From NCBI GenBank assembly GCA_040905465.1, contig JBBDRK010000011.1, positions 1 to 58,211 on the forward strand: a DNA stretch of 58,211 bases, in the 5' to 3' direction. Position numbers and translations under genes: made by a program. Below the pieces are notes generated by a model. It made no database searches and was not told the origin of the DNA. It worked only from the letters and a program-made list of their open reading frames with translations. Shown here piece after piece: positions 18,939 to 29,573 of the stretch (its first letter is position 1; the number at the start of each line of letters is the position of its first letter). Source of the DNA: Trueperaceae bacterium (GTDB lineage Bacteria; Deinococcota; Deinococci; Deinococcales; Trueperaceae).

Positions 18939-20080
18939 TGCCGAAGATGCTCAGCCTGGGCAGGGAGTTGGAGCGTCCCATCGCCGCCGGACACCCCTGG
19001 GTCTATCGCGACGCCCTGCCACGGCACACGCTCGAGACGGGCGAGTGGGTGCGCGTCGAGGCGGGCCGGGCGATGGCCCACGGCCTCTACGACGCCGAGG
19101 GTGCGATCGCCGTTCGCCTGTTCAGCCGCCTGCTGGAGCCGGACCGAGACTGGTTCAGCGCTCGCGTGCAGGAGGCGACCCTACTGCGCGCAGGGTTGCA
19201 GCAGGCGGGCACCGACGCCTACCGGCTGATCTACGGCGAGGGCGACGGGTTGCCCGGCATCGTCGTCGACCGGTACGGGCGGCAGGCGGTGCTCAAGGTG
19301 TACTCCCAGGGCGTTCGTACGGCGCTGCCGCAAATCCTCAAGGCACTGACCACAGCCCTCGACCTGCGGGGAGTGAGCGAGCGCGGCGAGACCGGGCTGG
19401 AGAGCCGTTACGGTCAACTGCCCCCGCCCGAGCTGACGGTCAACGAAAACGGCCTGCGGCTGCTGGCGAATCTCCACGAGGGTCAGAAGACCGGACTGTT
19501 CCTGGACCAGCGCGACAACCGAGCGACGGTGAGGCGCATCGCCGGGGGCCTCGACGTACTCAACCTCTTTTCCTACAACGGCGGCTTCAGCGTTGCGGCG
19601 CTCGCGGGCGGAGCCACGAGGGTCCTGTCGGTCGACCTGGCGGCGCCGGCGTTGCGTGACGCCGAGCGTACCGTCGCGCTGAACGGATTCGGCGACGAGC
19701 AACACGAGACGCTGACCGCCGATGTGTTCGATTACCTGGCGGGCGACGCCGCCCACGGTTACGGACTGGTGGTGTGCGACCCGCCGTCGTTGGCCCACGC
19801 CAAGCGCAGCCGCCATGCGGCCCTGCGCGCGTACCGCCGGCTCAACGTCGGCGCCCTCAAGAGGGTGTCTCCCGGAGGAATGCTCGCTACCTCGTCCTGT
19901 ACCGCGCAGGTGTCGCCGGAAGCGTTCCGGCAGGTTGTGGCGGAGGCAACCGCCGAGGCGGGCGTGAGGGCTCAGATCGTGCACGAAGCCGGTCACCCGC
20001 TCGACCATCCGGTGCCCGCAAACTTTCCCGAGGGCCGCTACCTGAAATTCCTGGTGCTGCGCGTGCTCGAGCAGGTGTAG
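18938..20080 (+). CDS. RlmI-like SAM-dependent rRNA methyltransferase
   Basis: GHPWVY, EGDGLPG..VD, GQKTGLFLDQR, LNLFSYNGGFS, DPP, YLK. Confidence 0.88.
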   Translation: MPKMLSLGRELERPIAAGHPWVYRDALPRHTLETGEWVRVEAGRAMAHGLYDAEGAIAVRLFSRLLEPDRDWFSARVQEATLLRAGLQQAGTDAYRLIYGEGDGLPGIVVDRYGRQAVLKVYSQGVRTALPQILKALTTALDLRGVSERGETGLESRYGQLPPPELTVNENGLRLLANLHEGQKTGLFLDQRDNRATVRRIAGGLDVLNLFSYNGGFSVAALAGGATRVLSVDLAAPALRDAERTVALNGFGDEQHETLTADVFDYLAGDAAHGYGLVVCDPPSLAHAKRSRHAALRAYRRLNVGALKRVSPGGMLATSSCTAQVSPEAFRQVVAEATAEAGVRAQIVHEAGHPLDHPVPANFPEGRYLKFLVLRVLEQV

Positions 20081-20090
20081 ACGGAGTCCG

Positions 20091-20945
20091 TCAGTCGCTC
20101 AGACGCGGCTGGAACCAGTCGACCACCCGCTCGACGATCCGTTCGCGCCCCAGGTCATTGAGCAGTTCGTGATAACCGCCTGCCACCAGTTCGAAGGTGA
20201 CATCGGTCGACGATACCCGCTGGCTCAGAAGCCGGCTCGCCCCGGGATCGGCTATACGGTCCTCGTTACCGTGGATTACCAACAGCGGCACTGTGATGCT
20301 CGCTGCCCGCTCGACGACATCGAAGCCCGAGAACAGTTGGATCACGGTGTGCGCCGAGGTCTTCCGCCGAAAGACCAGCGGATCGGAGAGATATGCCTGT
20401 ACCTGGGCAGGCAGGCGCGAAAGCCGGCTGGCGTCGACGCGGCCGACACCCAGCCGCGGGAACACACCGGCAAGCAGCCGCACCAGTCGCAAGCGAGCCT
20501 CGCCTACCGGCTCCCCGTGGCCCAGGTAGGGCGAGCTGAGCAGCAAGGCGTCTACGATGTCCGGTTCTTTGGCGCACAGTGCGGCGGCGACCGCGCCACC
20601 TGCACTGTGGCCGAACAGTCCGCAACGAAGGTGTGGATGCTCGGCCCGGACCCGGTGAACGAAGGCCGCCAGATCCGCGACCAGACCCTGGAACGAGCTG
20701 ACGAAGCCGCGGCGCCCGGCACTGCGCCCATGACCGGCGAAGTCGATTGCGTGGACAGCGAAGCCGTTGCGCGAGAGGGCGTCTGCAAGCCTCTCGTAGC
20801 GAGCGGAGTGCTCGGCGTAGCCGTGGGCGATCACCACCAGCCCGACAGGCTCGGCCTCGGGCAGCCACGCCAGGGTGTGCAGCGTCAGCCCGTCGCCACC
20901 TCGTAGTGTGCTGCTGCGGAACGAGTTGCTGGGCCCAGTGGCCAC
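20091..20945 (-). CDS. Lysophospholipase / monoacylglycerol lipase family hydrolase
   Basis: HGYAEHSARY, GHGRS, GHSAGG, YHE. Confidence 0.88.
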   Translation of the reverse strand: MATGPSNSFRSSTLRGGDGLTLHTLAWLPEAEPVGLVVIAHGYAEHSARYERLADALSRNGFAVHAIDFAGHGRSAGRRGFVSSFQGLVADLAAFVHRVRAEHPHLRCGLFGHSAGGAVAAALCAKEPDIVDALLLSSPYLGHGEPVGEARLRLVRLLAGVFPRLGVGRVDASRLSRLPAQVQAYLSDPLVFRRKTSAHTVIQLFSGFDVVERAASITVPLLVIHGNEDRIADPGASRLLSQRVSSTDVTFELVAGGYHELLNDLGRERIVERVVDWFQPRLSD

Positions 20946-20948
20946 CGG

Positions 20949-21206
20949 CTACCCGGCCACTTCGAACAGTTCGAAGCTCACGTCCTCCAGGACGGGGTTG
21001 GCGAGTGTCTTGCGGGCCACTTCGGCCAACTGGCGCTCGAGCTCCTCACGCTCGCCGGTCAGCCGCAGCTCGATGCGCTTGCCGACGCGCAGATCGCTGA
21101 TATTGTCATGACCGAGACGCCGGAGCGTTGTCTCTACCGTCCGCCCCTGAGGGTCGAGGATCGAGCGCTTGAGCATAACTTCGACGACGGCACGGAACTC
21201 AGGCAT
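20949..21206 (-). CDS. purS: Phosphoribosylformylglycinamidine synthase subunit PurS
   Basis: ILDPQG, RVGK.IE, LANPVLE; 85 aa, overlaps the purC stop. Confidence 0.93.
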   Translation of the reverse strand: MPEFRAVVEVMLKRSILDPQGRTVETTLRRLGHDNISDLRVGKRIELRLTGEREELERQLAEVARKTLANPVLEDVSFELFEVAG

Positions 21207-21930
21207 CGACATCCTCCAGTACGCGGCGCAGCACTTCCCGATAGGCCTCTTCCACGCCCCCCAGGTCGCGCCGGAAACGGTCCTTGTCGAGTCGCTCTCC
21301 GCTGCCGATATCCCAGAGCCGGCAGGTGTCGGGACTGATCTCGTCCGCCAGTACGATGTCACCGCCGGGCGTGCGGCCGAACTCCAGCTTGAAGTCCACC
21401 AGATCCAGCTTGCGCGACCGCAGGAAGGGTGTGAGCAGGTCGTTCACGGCGATAGCCAGCTCGAACATCACCTCGAGCTCCTCCTCGTCGGCGAAGCCGA
21501 GCGCCACGGCGGTCGCGTCGTTCATCGGCGGATCGCCCAGGTCGTCGGACTTGTAACACCACTCGATGACCATCGGATCGAGCTCGAGCCCCTCCTCGAC
21601 GCCGTAACGCTTGGCGAACGAGCCCGCCGCCCGGTTGCGCACCACCACCTCGACCGGGATTATCTCGACGGCCGATACCAACTGCTCGCGCTCACCGATA
21701 CGTCCCAGGAGATGCGTCGGAACGCCGTTTTCGCCGAGCACCTCGAACAACCGGACGGACACCGCGTTGTTGACCGCTCCCTTGCCGTCGATAGTGCCGC
21801 GCTTCTGGGCATTGAAGGCAGTGGCGTCATCCTTGTACTCCACGACCAGTCGGTCAGGGTCGCCGGTGCGCCACACCTTCTTCGCCTTGCCTTCGTACAT
21901 CAGTCCTAGCTTTTCGGGCGGGTTCTCCAC
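21199..21930 (-). CDS. purC: SAICAR synthase
   Basis: [40 protein letters not shown]. Confidence 0.97.
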   Translation of the reverse strand: MENPPEKLGLMYEGKAKKVWRTGDPDRLVVEYKDDATAFNAQKRGTIDGKGAVNNAVSVRLFEVLGENGVPTHLLGRIGEREQLVSAVEIIPVEVVVRNRAAGSFAKRYGVEEGLELDPMVIEWCYKSDDLGDPPMNDATAVALGFADEEELEVMFELAIAVNDLLTPFLRSRKLDLVDFKLEFGRTPGGDIVLADEISPDTCRLWDIGSGERLDKDRFRRDLGGVEEAYREVLRRVLEDVDA

Positions 21931-21989
21931 GCACCGGACTATAGCAGGGCATGCTGGGCATCACGCGGCAGTAACCAAGCGGCGAGACT

Positions 21990-22445
21990 TCAATGCACCT
22001 TGGCGGGTGCGAGCTTCAGTCCCACGAGAGCCGCGGCCTGACGCAAACGTTTGTCGGTTGCGATCACGAAAGCGGCTTTCATGGACAGCGCCGTGGCTAT
22101 GTGAATGGCATCCAGGCTGCGGACCATCACAACTTGCTTGCCGCGGTGGCGGTAGGCCGTATCCACCAGCCTCTTCACTTCGCTCCAGACTTCGCGACCA
22201 TACGGCACCAACACGATGCGCCCGGCCTGTACATCGGTTTCGAAACGCTGGAACAAGACTTCGGCTCCTCCGTCACGCAGATCGCCTGCCTGTTCCTTGC
22301 GCTCGAGCGAACAGATGAGTTCGACGGCAGCAACGTCGGCAGTGCCGAGCGCCCCGCTGCTCGTCGCGGCCAAATCGAGAAATCGTGGCGAATCAGACTC
22401 GGGAGCGTAGAGCTTGAGCAGGGCCGATGTGTCCCAGTAATCCAC
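21990..22445 (-). CDS. vapC: VapC-family PIN-domain toxin
   Basis: YWDTSALLKLY, RSLDAIHIATA, TDKRL. Confidence 0.9.
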   Translation of the reverse strand: MDYWDTSALLKLYAPESDSPRFLDLAATSSGALGTADVAAVELICSLERKEQAGDLRDGGAEVLFQRFETDVQAGRIVLVPYGREVWSEVKRLVDTAYRHRGKQVVMVRSLDAIHIATALSMKAAFVIATDKRLRQAAALVGLKLAPAKVH

Positions 22446-22700
22446 CTACAAGCGCTCGTCCCTGTCCTCGGCGAGCAACTCGTCGGCCGCCAGCGAAACG
22501 CGCCCCGTGGAATAGCGGTCATGAAGCTCCCGCAGTTCGGTTGCCCACTCCCGCATGTCGATCTCCCCCCTTGGTGCTCCCGCACGAGTCAAGCGAGCCT
22601 TGACTACGCCGCGCACCGTTATCAGCACGTCCTCTCCACCACTCGCACGGTCCACAAGCTCCGAAAGCTTCGCTTTGCTTTCTTTGAGACTCTTGATCAT
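22446..22700 (-). CDS. Phd/YefM-family antitoxin
   Basis: KAKLSELVDRA..GEDVLITVRG; TACAAT 6 nt upstream of the ATG. Confidence 0.9.
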   Translation of the reverse strand: MIKSLKESKAKLSELVDRASGGEDVLITVRGVVKARLTRAGAPRGEIDMREWATELRELHDRYSTGRVSLAADELLAEDRDERL

Positions 22701-22803
22701 GTGACCATTGTAGTCCCCTCGCCGAATCCGTAGCAAGGACTCGCCAGGCTCGCCAACCGGAGGTCATCGATCTCGAAGGTGAACTAGGCGCAAGCCCCCG
22801 AGT

Positions 22804-24108
22804 TCAGAGCCCGAACCGAGCGTAGATCTCGTCGACGTGCCGCAGATACCAGCCGGGGTCGAACGCCACCGCCAGCTCCTCCTCGGACAGCGTGCTCTCG
22901 GAATCGCCGGCGAGCAGTTCGCGCAGGTGCACGCCCTCCTCCCAGCTCCGCAGGCTGTTGCGCTGCACGATCTCGTACGCCTGCTCGCGCATCATGCCGC
23001 GCTCGATCAGCAGGTGCAGCACTCGCTGCGAGTAGATCAGCCCGTGGAGCGCGTCGAGATTGTCGCGCATCGCCTGCGGATAGACGATGAGTTCGCGCAC
23101 CACCCTGGTGAGCCGCCGGCTGGCGTAGCTGGCCAGTGTGGTGGTGTCGGGCAGGATCACGCGCTCCACGGCGGAGTGGGAGATGTCGCGCTCGTGCCAC
23201 AACGCCACGTTTTCCAGTCCCGCCTGCAGGTTCGAGCGCAGCAACCGGGCGATGCCGCTGATGTTCTCGCTGGCGATCGGATTCTTCTTGTGGGGCATGC
23301 TCGACGAGCCGGTCTGGCCCTTGGCGAAACCCTCCTGCGCCTCACGTACCTCACTGCGCTGGAGGTGGCGGATCTCTACGGCGATCCGCTCCAGGGTGGT
23401 GCCCAGGATCGCCAGGGAAGCCGACAGTTCGGCGTGTCGGTCGCGCCCCACCGTCTGATTGCTCACCGGGTCCGCCGTCAGATCCAGCCGCTCGGCCACG
23501 CGCGCCTCCACCTCGGGTGGCACGTGGGCGTAGGTCCCTACCGAACCGGACATCATCGCCACCGAGACCCCCTGGCGAGCGCGATTGAGTCGCTCCAGGT
23601 CCCTCTCCAGGGCCGCCGAGAAGTTGAGGAACTTCAGTCCGAAGGTCATCGGTTCGGCGTGGATGCCGTGGGTTCGGCCGATCGTCGGCGTGTGCTTGTG
23701 CTCGACGGCTCGCTCTCGCACCGCCGCGAGCAGAGTCTCCACATCGGCAATCACGAGCCCCATCGCTTCGCGAAGCAGCAGGTTCTGCGCGGTGTCGACT
23801 ACGTCGGTGGAGGTCAGGCCCAAGTGGATGTAGCGGGCGTCCTCGCCAACCCGTTCGGTCAGCGCCCTGGTGAAGGCGACGATGTCGTGCCGGGTCACGC
23901 CCTCGATCTCCGCCACCCGCTCGGCGAACCCCTCGTCCAGTGGCCGGTCCGCCAGCGCCGCCCGAATTCGCCCGGCCGTTCCCCCGGGGACCTCACCGAG
24001 TTCTTCCCACGCCTCGGTGGCGGCAAGCTCCACCTCGAGCCAGGCGCGGTAGCGATTGGCCTCGCTCCACAGGCGCTTCATCTCGGCCGTCGAGTAGCGA
24101 TCGATCAT
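22804..24108 (-). CDS. purB: Adenylosuccinate lyase
   Basis: MIDRY, RHDIVAF, GRTHGIHAEP, GSSSMPHKKNP, WHERDISHS. Confidence 0.97.
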   Translation of the reverse strand: MIDRYSTAEMKRLWSEANRYRAWLEVELAATEAWEELGEVPGGTAGRIRAALADRPLDEGFAERVAEIEGVTRHDIVAFTRALTERVGEDARYIHLGLTSTDVVDTAQNLLLREAMGLVIADVETLLAAVRERAVEHKHTPTIGRTHGIHAEPMTFGLKFLNFSAALERDLERLNRARQGVSVAMMSGSVGTYAHVPPEVEARVAERLDLTADPVSNQTVGRDRHAELSASLAILGTTLERIAVEIRHLQRSEVREAQEGFAKGQTGSSSMPHKKNPIASENISGIARLLRSNLQAGLENVALWHERDISHSAVERVILPDTTTLASYASRRLTRVVRELIVYPQAMRDNLDALHGLIYSQRVLHLLIERGMMREQAYEIVQRNSLRSWEEGVHLRELLAGDSESTLSEEELAVAFDPGWYLRHVDEIYARFGL

Positions 24109-24189
24109 AAGAGGAAGCTATCACGGTCGCATTCGAGTACCATCGAACAGAAGATCGATATCCTCCCGCTGGCGCATGAGGAGACCCGC

Positions 24190-25407
24190 ATGCTCCGTGT
24201 TCGCCTACGCCTCCTGACCGCCTCGCTCGGCGCCCTCGCGCTCGGGCTCGGCCTCTATCTCGTCAGCCGAGGGCCGACTCTGCTCAGCTCCGCCGGCCCG
24301 GACTTACCGTCCGCGGGTTTCCCGTTGGCCGGCAATCTTCCGTCCGCTCTTCACACCTACGCGTTCGCGCTGCTCGGGCTGGCGCTGCTGCCGCTCAGCA
24401 GGCTGTCCGCGGCATCGTCGTGTCTGGCCTGGCTTGCCGCTTCGGCACTGCTCGAACTCGCGCAGCTGATGCCGGCCGGCGCCGCCCTCACACTCCCTCT
24501 CGCCGGCGCATTCGCCCTCGGCACTTTCGATCCGGCAGACCTGCTGGCCAGCGCAGTCGGGGCTGTGGCGGCTTTCCTGACTGCCTACAGCGTGTTGAAC
24601 TCCGGTCCCTCCCGGCCGGTGCCGAGCGCTCGACGAGGTCCGCTACCAGGACGCCGGCCGCTTCGCCCGACTTCGGCGCCTGGACCAGCCTCGGCCACCT
24701 GCATCGCAGCCGTCCGCTTGGCTGCCAACTCAATCCTCGCTGGCGCCTTCCTGTTCACCACGGTTGCCACCAGTCCGCCGCCGCCCCTCGGATTCCTCTC
24801 GACCGATCTCGAGCATCCCTGTCCGGGGAGCAAGGTTACCCTCAGTTGGACGCTGGCAGAGGGTGTAGGTGGAATGCTTTCCACTTCCGAGCCTGACGCG
24901 GTCGAGCCGCGCTTCGAACCGCGCCGGGTGGAGGAGTCGGGCCAGGCGGCACTGACGGTGCTGGCGAACGTCGAGTTCCACCTCGTGGCCGACGGCGAGT
25001 CGCCGGCCGCCAGGCCCGCCGATGCGCAACTGCGGGTGGTCCCCGAGCAGGGCATCGCCTGGTCGCTGTACAACCATGGGGAGTGTTCGGGCGGCGCAAT
25101 AGAGTGGGATCCGGTCGTAGTGCCGGTGGGCGTGGTCGACTCGCACGCAGTAGTGGACACCGTCGAGGTCGAGCCGGCCGAAAGCGATACGGAGGACAAC
25201 TACTATTCGGGCGCCGTTTTCGTCGAACGGGAAGGAAGGCAGGCGACCCTGGACCCTGGAACGTCTACCGACGCCTTGCGTGGCACCCAGTTCGTCGGCG
25301 CCTGGGAACTGCGGGCGGCCGAGCCGGTGGAGAACCAGTGCGCCATTGCGAGGCCATACCGAACGGTACCGGCAGTCTCGATACGCGTGCGAATAACCTG
25401 TCCGTAG
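24190..25407 (+). CDS. Hypothetical membrane protein (GTFDP-motif TM domain) fused to an extracytoplasmic beta-rich domain
   Basis: ~4-5 TM N-terminus with LPS.LH, ELAQ and GTFDPADL; Pro/Arg linker; C-terminal polar domain with Cys residues. Confidence 0.55.
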   Translation: MLRVRLRLLTASLGALALGLGLYLVSRGPTLLSSAGPDLPSAGFPLAGNLPSALHTYAFALLGLALLPLSRLSAASSCLAWLAASALLELAQLMPAGAALTLPLAGAFALGTFDPADLLASAVGAVAAFLTAYSVLNSGPSRPVPSARRGPLPGRRPLRPTSAPGPASATCIAAVRLAANSILAGAFLFTTVATSPPPPLGFLSTDLEHPCPGSKVTLSWTLAEGVGGMLSTSEPDAVEPRFEPRRVEESGQAALTVLANVEFHLVADGESPAARPADAQLRVVPEQGIAWSLYNHGECSGGAIEWDPVVVPVGVVDSHAVVDTVEVEPAESDTEDNYYSGAVFVEREGRQATLDPGTSTDALRGTQFVGAWELRAAEPVENQCAIARPYRTVPAVSIRVRITCP

Positions 25408-25560
25408 CGGCTGGTTCTCGGCCTCCATACGTCACTCTGCCCTGATCTCTACCGTAAGCCGTCTGTTGGGAACCGGCGGCTGCCAGTTTCCGGAGCGGTC
25501 CTCCATCGATCGTCAGCCTCTTCCGGGACAAATCCGGACCAAAAGAGATAGACTAAGAAC

Positions 25561-25791
25561 ATGAAGACCCTGCAGTTGCACCAGGCAAAGGCTAAGCTCT
25601 CGGAGTTGATCGAGGGAGTGATGGCAGGCGACGAGGTCGTCATTACACGCTACGGCAAGCCTGTGGCGAAGCTGACGGGCTTGGTCGAGCCTGGCAAGCG
25701 GGAACTCGGTTTCCATCCCATTCGTTTCGAGTCCGATCTTTCGGCACCGACCGATCAATGGATCATCGAAGACTTCAATGGCGGTGCTTGA
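25561..25791 (+). CDS. Phd/YefM-family antitoxin
   Basis: AKAKLSELIE..GDEVVITRYGKPVAKL; TAGACT 6 nt upstream of the ATG. Confidence 0.92.
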   Translation: MKTLQLHQAKAKLSELIEGVMAGDEVVITRYGKPVAKLTGLVEPGKRELGFHPIRFESDLSAPTDQWIIEDFNGGA

Positions 25792-25794
25792 GGT

Positions 25795-26187
25795 TTGCGA
25801 TTCCTGCTGGACACTCACGCATTCGCGTGGGCCGTGGGCGATCCGATACTTCTCAGCCACCGTGCCCTGTCGCTTATCTCCGATTCTTCGAACGAGTTGC
25901 TCGTCAGCCCGGCGAGCGTCTGGGAGATGAGCATCAAGCACGCGGCCGGAAAGTGGCCGGAGGTGGCGCCGTTCATGGATGAGAAGCGCTTTGACCAGTT
26001 CTGCAAGAGGCTCGGCGTAGGCGAGCTACCGATCCATTCATCCCACGCCCGGCAAGCGGGACAGTTCGCATCGGAGCACAAAGATCCGTTCGATCGCATG
26101 TTGGCGGCCCAGGCGATGCTCGAGGGTCTCACGATCGTCAGCAAGGACAGGCTCCTGGATCAGCTATCGGTTCCTCGCGAGTGGTAG
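25795..26187 (+). CDS. vapC: VapC-family PIN-domain toxin
   Basis: LLDTHAF.W, SPASVWE, HKDPFDRML.AQA. Confidence 0.93.
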   Translation: MRFLLDTHAFAWAVGDPILLSHRALSLISDSSNELLVSPASVWEMSIKHAAGKWPEVAPFMDEKRFDQFCKRLGVGELPIHSSHARQAGQFASEHKDPFDRMLAAQAMLEGLTIVSKDRLLDQLSVPREW

Positions 26188-26244
26188 GCGGGCCCGACTA
26201 TCCCTCCCCGCCAATAGAGCAGTTGCAACACGCTTGCAACGGGG

Positions 26245-26724
26245 TTACCGAACTCGCACATCGACGACGGTTCCGCCAGTAATCTCGAGCAACTGGCCGG
26301 GCGAGAGCAGGAACACCGCATCCGGCGCTCCGGCGGCGGCCCAGATTCGGTCGAAGGCGAACAGGTCGCGGTCGACGTAGGTGGGCAGCGTCCGGTCGTG
26401 GCCAACCGGCGGCACACCGCCGATGGCGAAGCCGGTGCGGTCGCGAACGAAGGCCGCGTCGGCCATCTCCAGAGGTTCGCCCACCAACGCCGCAACTTTG
26501 GCCACGTCGACCCTGTTGGCCCCGCTGGCCACTATCAGCAGCGGCTCGCCGCCGGTCGTCCTGAACACCAGCGACTTGGCAATCTGCGCCACTTGGCAGC
26601 CCACCGAATGCGCCGCGTCCGCCGCCGTCCTGGTGGACGACGGAAACCTGGCCAGCTCGAGCGCCAGACCCCGTTCGGCGAGGGCGTCGCTCACGCGCTG
26701 AATGCTACGGCTTGAACGTCCCAT
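26245..26724 (-). CDS. YbaK/EbsC family aminoacyl-tRNA deacylase
   Basis: TRTAADAA, QIAKSLVF, TGFAIGGVPP, WAAAG. Confidence 0.92.
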   Translation of the reverse strand: MGRSSRSIQRVSDALAERGLALELARFPSSTRTAADAAHSVGCQVAQIAKSLVFRTTGGEPLLIVASGANRVDVAKVAALVGEPLEMADAAFVRDRTGFAIGGVPPVGHDRTLPTYVDRDLFAFDRIWAAAGAPDAVFLLSPGQLLEITGGTVVDVRVR

Positions 26725-26993
26725 CGGAGCCTCCCTGGAGAGTTGCGGCAAGATTAGCACCGCAGCGACTGGACGCGAGGCTCGGCGTGAGTTTTTCGTC
26801 GTCGATTTATGGCGTGCAGGACGCGAGAAGTCCGTTCATAACTCGTTGCGGCGGTGGGTCGCCGGGTGGTACACTGTTCCGTTGGCCGCAGAGGCCCTGC
26901 CCAAGGCAATGACGGCAGGCTGCAACGGCGTGTTGCCGTATGTATGCCCCTGTCGCGGAAACACCGGCCGCCAGCTTCCGAGGAGGAATTCTT

Positions 26994-29459
26994 TTGAACG
27001 AGGGTCAGGTCGTCCCGGTCCAGATAACGGACGAGATCAAGACGAGCTTCATCAACTACGCCATGTCGGTAATCGTCGACCGCGCACTACCGGACGTGCG
27101 TGACGGGCTGAAGCCGGTGCAGAGGCGCATCCTCTACGCAATGCAGCAGGAGGGGCTGGCGTCGAACCGCAAGCACTCCAAGAGCGCCGGCGTGGTGGGC
27201 GAGGTCATCAAGAAGTACCACCCGCACGGCGACATGTCGATCTACGAGGCCATGGTCCGAATGGCGCAGAGCTGGAACGTGCGCTACCCGCTGGTGGACG
27301 GCCAGGGCAACTTCGGTTCCATCGACGGCGATCCGGCGGCCGCCTACCGGTACACCGAGGCGCGGATGACGCCGGTGGCCGAGGCGATGCTGGCCGACAT
27401 CGAGAAGGAAACCGTCGACTTCAAGGAGAACTACGACGGCACCACGGTCGAACCTGAGATCCTGCCGGCGGCCGTGCCCAACATGCTGGTAAACGGCGCA
27501 GCCGGAATCGCCGTCGGCATGGCGACCAACATCGCTCCCCACAACCTGAGGGAAGTGGTCGACGCGCTGCTGGCGATGATCGACGACCGAGACATCGACG
27601 CTGACGGGCTTATGAAGCATATCCGCGGGCCCGACTTTCCGACCGGGGGTGTCATCAGCCGCGAGGGCATCCGCCAGGCGTACGAGACCGGCCGAGGCTC
27701 GATCCGGGTGAGGGGCCGCGTGCGGATCGAGGAGCGCAACAACCGAACGTCGATAATCGTCACCGAGATCCCCTATCAGGTCAACAAGACCTCATTGATC
27801 CAGACTACCGCCAGCCTGGTACGCACCAAGAAGATCGAGGACATCTCGGCGCTGCGCGACGAATCGGACCGCCAGGGAATGCGCATCGTGTTCGAGCTGA
27901 AGCGCGGCACCATCCCCGAGCTGGTGCTCAATCAGCTCTACAAGTACACCCAGCTCCAGTCGACCTTCGCCGTGAACAACGTCTGCATCGTGGGCCGTTC
28001 GCCGCGACTGCTGTCGCTGCGCGAAACGCTGAGCTACTTCCTCGACCACCGCGCCGACGTGGTTCGGCGCCGTACCGAGTACGAGCTGCGCAAGGCGCTC
28101 GAGCGGGCGCACATCCTCGAGGGCTACCTCATCGCCCTCGACCGGCTCGACGAGGTCATAGCGCTCATCCGCGCCTCGGCCGACGGCCCGACCGCCCGCG
28201 AAGGGCTGATGAGCACCTTCGGACTCAGCGAGGTGCAGGCCCAGGCCGTGCTGGACATGCGGCTGCAGCGCCTCACCGGGCTCGAGCGCGAGAAGCTCCA
28301 GCAGGAGTACCAGGAGTTGCAGGAAGAGATCGGCCGGCTGCGGGCGATCCTCGGCGACGAGGAGGAGCTGTGGAAGGTCATCAGGGGCGAGCTGCGCGAG
28401 ATCAAGAAGCAGTTCGGCGACGAGCGGCGCACCCAGATAGTCGAGCTCACCGACGACATCGGCAAGGAAGACCTGATTGCCGAGGAACAGATGGTGGTCA
28501 CCCTGACCCGCGGCGGCTACATCAAACGCACCGCCCTCACCGCCTACCGCGCCCAGGCGCGCGGCGGCCGCGGCGCAACCGCCCAGAAGGCCAAGGACGA
28601 CGACATCAACTCGCTCCTGCTGGTCGGCAGCACCCACGACTACCTGCTGTTCTTCACCGACCGCGGGCGGGTCTACCGGGAGAAGATCTACGATCTGCCG
28701 GAGGCCGACAGGGCCGCCCGGGGCTCCCACGTGCGCAACCTGCTGCCGCTCGAGAACGACGAGACGGTGCAGACGGTTCTGTCGCTTCGCAACCTGGACG
28801 CCGACGGCTACTTCATCTTCGCCACCCGTAAGGGACTGATCAAGCGCACCGCCATCCGAGACTACTCCAACATCAATTCCGCCGGGCTGATCGCCATCAA
28901 CCTGCTGGGGGGCGACGAGTTGGTCGCCGTGCGGATCACCGAGGGCGAGGCCGACATCGTCCTGGCTACCCGCGAGGGCCAGGCCATCCGCTTCGACGAG
29001 GAGCAGGTACGCGACACCGGTCGAGCCACCCAGGGGGTGCACGGAATTCGCCTGCGCCGCGATGACATCGTCGTGAGCCTGGCGGTCATCGGGCCGGAAC
29101 ACAAGGAGTCCGCCGAGTTGCTGGCGGTGTCCGAACGTGGGTTCGGCAAGCGCACGCTCCTGCCCGAATATCCGGTGCAGAGGCGCGGCGGCCAGGGCGT
29201 CATCACGCTCAAGGTCACCAGTCGCACCGGCATGCTAGTTGGCCTGTCCTGCGTGCTCGGCGAGGAGGAGTTGTTCGTTCTCTCCGAGCGCGGGGTGCTG
29301 ATCCGAACCCAGGTCGGCCAGGTCAGCTCCTACGGCCGTTCCTCGCAGGGCGTCACCATAATGCGCATGGACGACGGAGACAAGGTCGTGTCCGCCATGG
29401 TGATGGTTGCCGAGGAGAACCTGGAAAAAGTGGCCGAACAGAAGGAGCTTCTCTCCTAG
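26994..29459 (+). CDS. gyrA: DNA gyrase subunit A
   Basis: [25 protein letters not shown], GyrA-box QARGGRG, C-terminal pinwheel repeats; TTG start after AGGAGG. Confidence 0.97.
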   Translation: MNEGQVVPVQITDEIKTSFINYAMSVIVDRALPDVRDGLKPVQRRILYAMQQEGLASNRKHSKSAGVVGEVIKKYHPHGDMSIYEAMVRMAQSWNVRYPLVDGQGNFGSIDGDPAAAYRYTEARMTPVAEAMLADIEKETVDFKENYDGTTVEPEILPAAVPNMLVNGAAGIAVGMATNIAPHNLREVVDALLAMIDDRDIDADGLMKHIRGPDFPTGGVISREGIRQAYETGRGSIRVRGRVRIEERNNRTSIIVTEIPYQVNKTSLIQTTASLVRTKKIEDISALRDESDRQGMRIVFELKRGTIPELVLNQLYKYTQLQSTFAVNNVCIVGRSPRLLSLRETLSYFLDHRADVVRRRTEYELRKALERAHILEGYLIALDRLDEVIALIRASADGPTAREGLMSTFGLSEVQAQAVLDMRLQRLTGLEREKLQQEYQELQEEIGRLRAILGDEEELWKVIRGELREIKKQFGDERRTQIVELTDDIGKEDLIAEEQMVVTLTRGGYIKRTALTAYRAQARGGRGATAQKAKDDDINSLLLVGSTHDYLLFFTDRGRVYREKIYDLPEADRAARGSHVRNLLPLENDETVQTVLSLRNLDADGYFIFATRKGLIKRTAIRDYSNINSAGLIAINLLGGDELVAVRITEGEADIVLATREGQAIRFDEEQVRDTGRATQGVHGIRLRRDDIVVSLAVIGPEHKESAELLAVSERGFGKRTLLPEYPVQRRGGQGVITLKVTSRTGMLVGLSCVLGEEELFVLSERGVLIRTQVGQVSSYGRSSQGVTIMRMDDGDKVVSAMVMVAEENLEKVAEQKELLS

Positions 29460-29511
29460 GTTTCCAAGCGGCTGCCACGCCGCACGCTACGGTTCTCGAG
29501 CGAACCTGAAG

Positions 29512-29549
29512 GGGCGGCCCGCCTGAACGAAGTGCGGGCCGCCCTATTT
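29512..29549 (+). terminator. Putative intrinsic terminator after gyrA
   Basis: 11-bp inverted repeat GGGCGGCCCGC/GCGGGCCGCCC followed by TATTT. Confidence 0.55.
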
Positions 29550-29573
29550 GCCGGACGCACGTATAGTGTCGGG

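Noticed and set aside
22837-24189. First 451 codons of the 856-aa ORF
   Set aside because: Antisense to purB; the plausible gene starts at 24190.
26760-26990. Searched for a deinococcal RDRM/DdrO box upstream of gyrA
   Set aside because: No convincing 17-bp palindrome found by eye.
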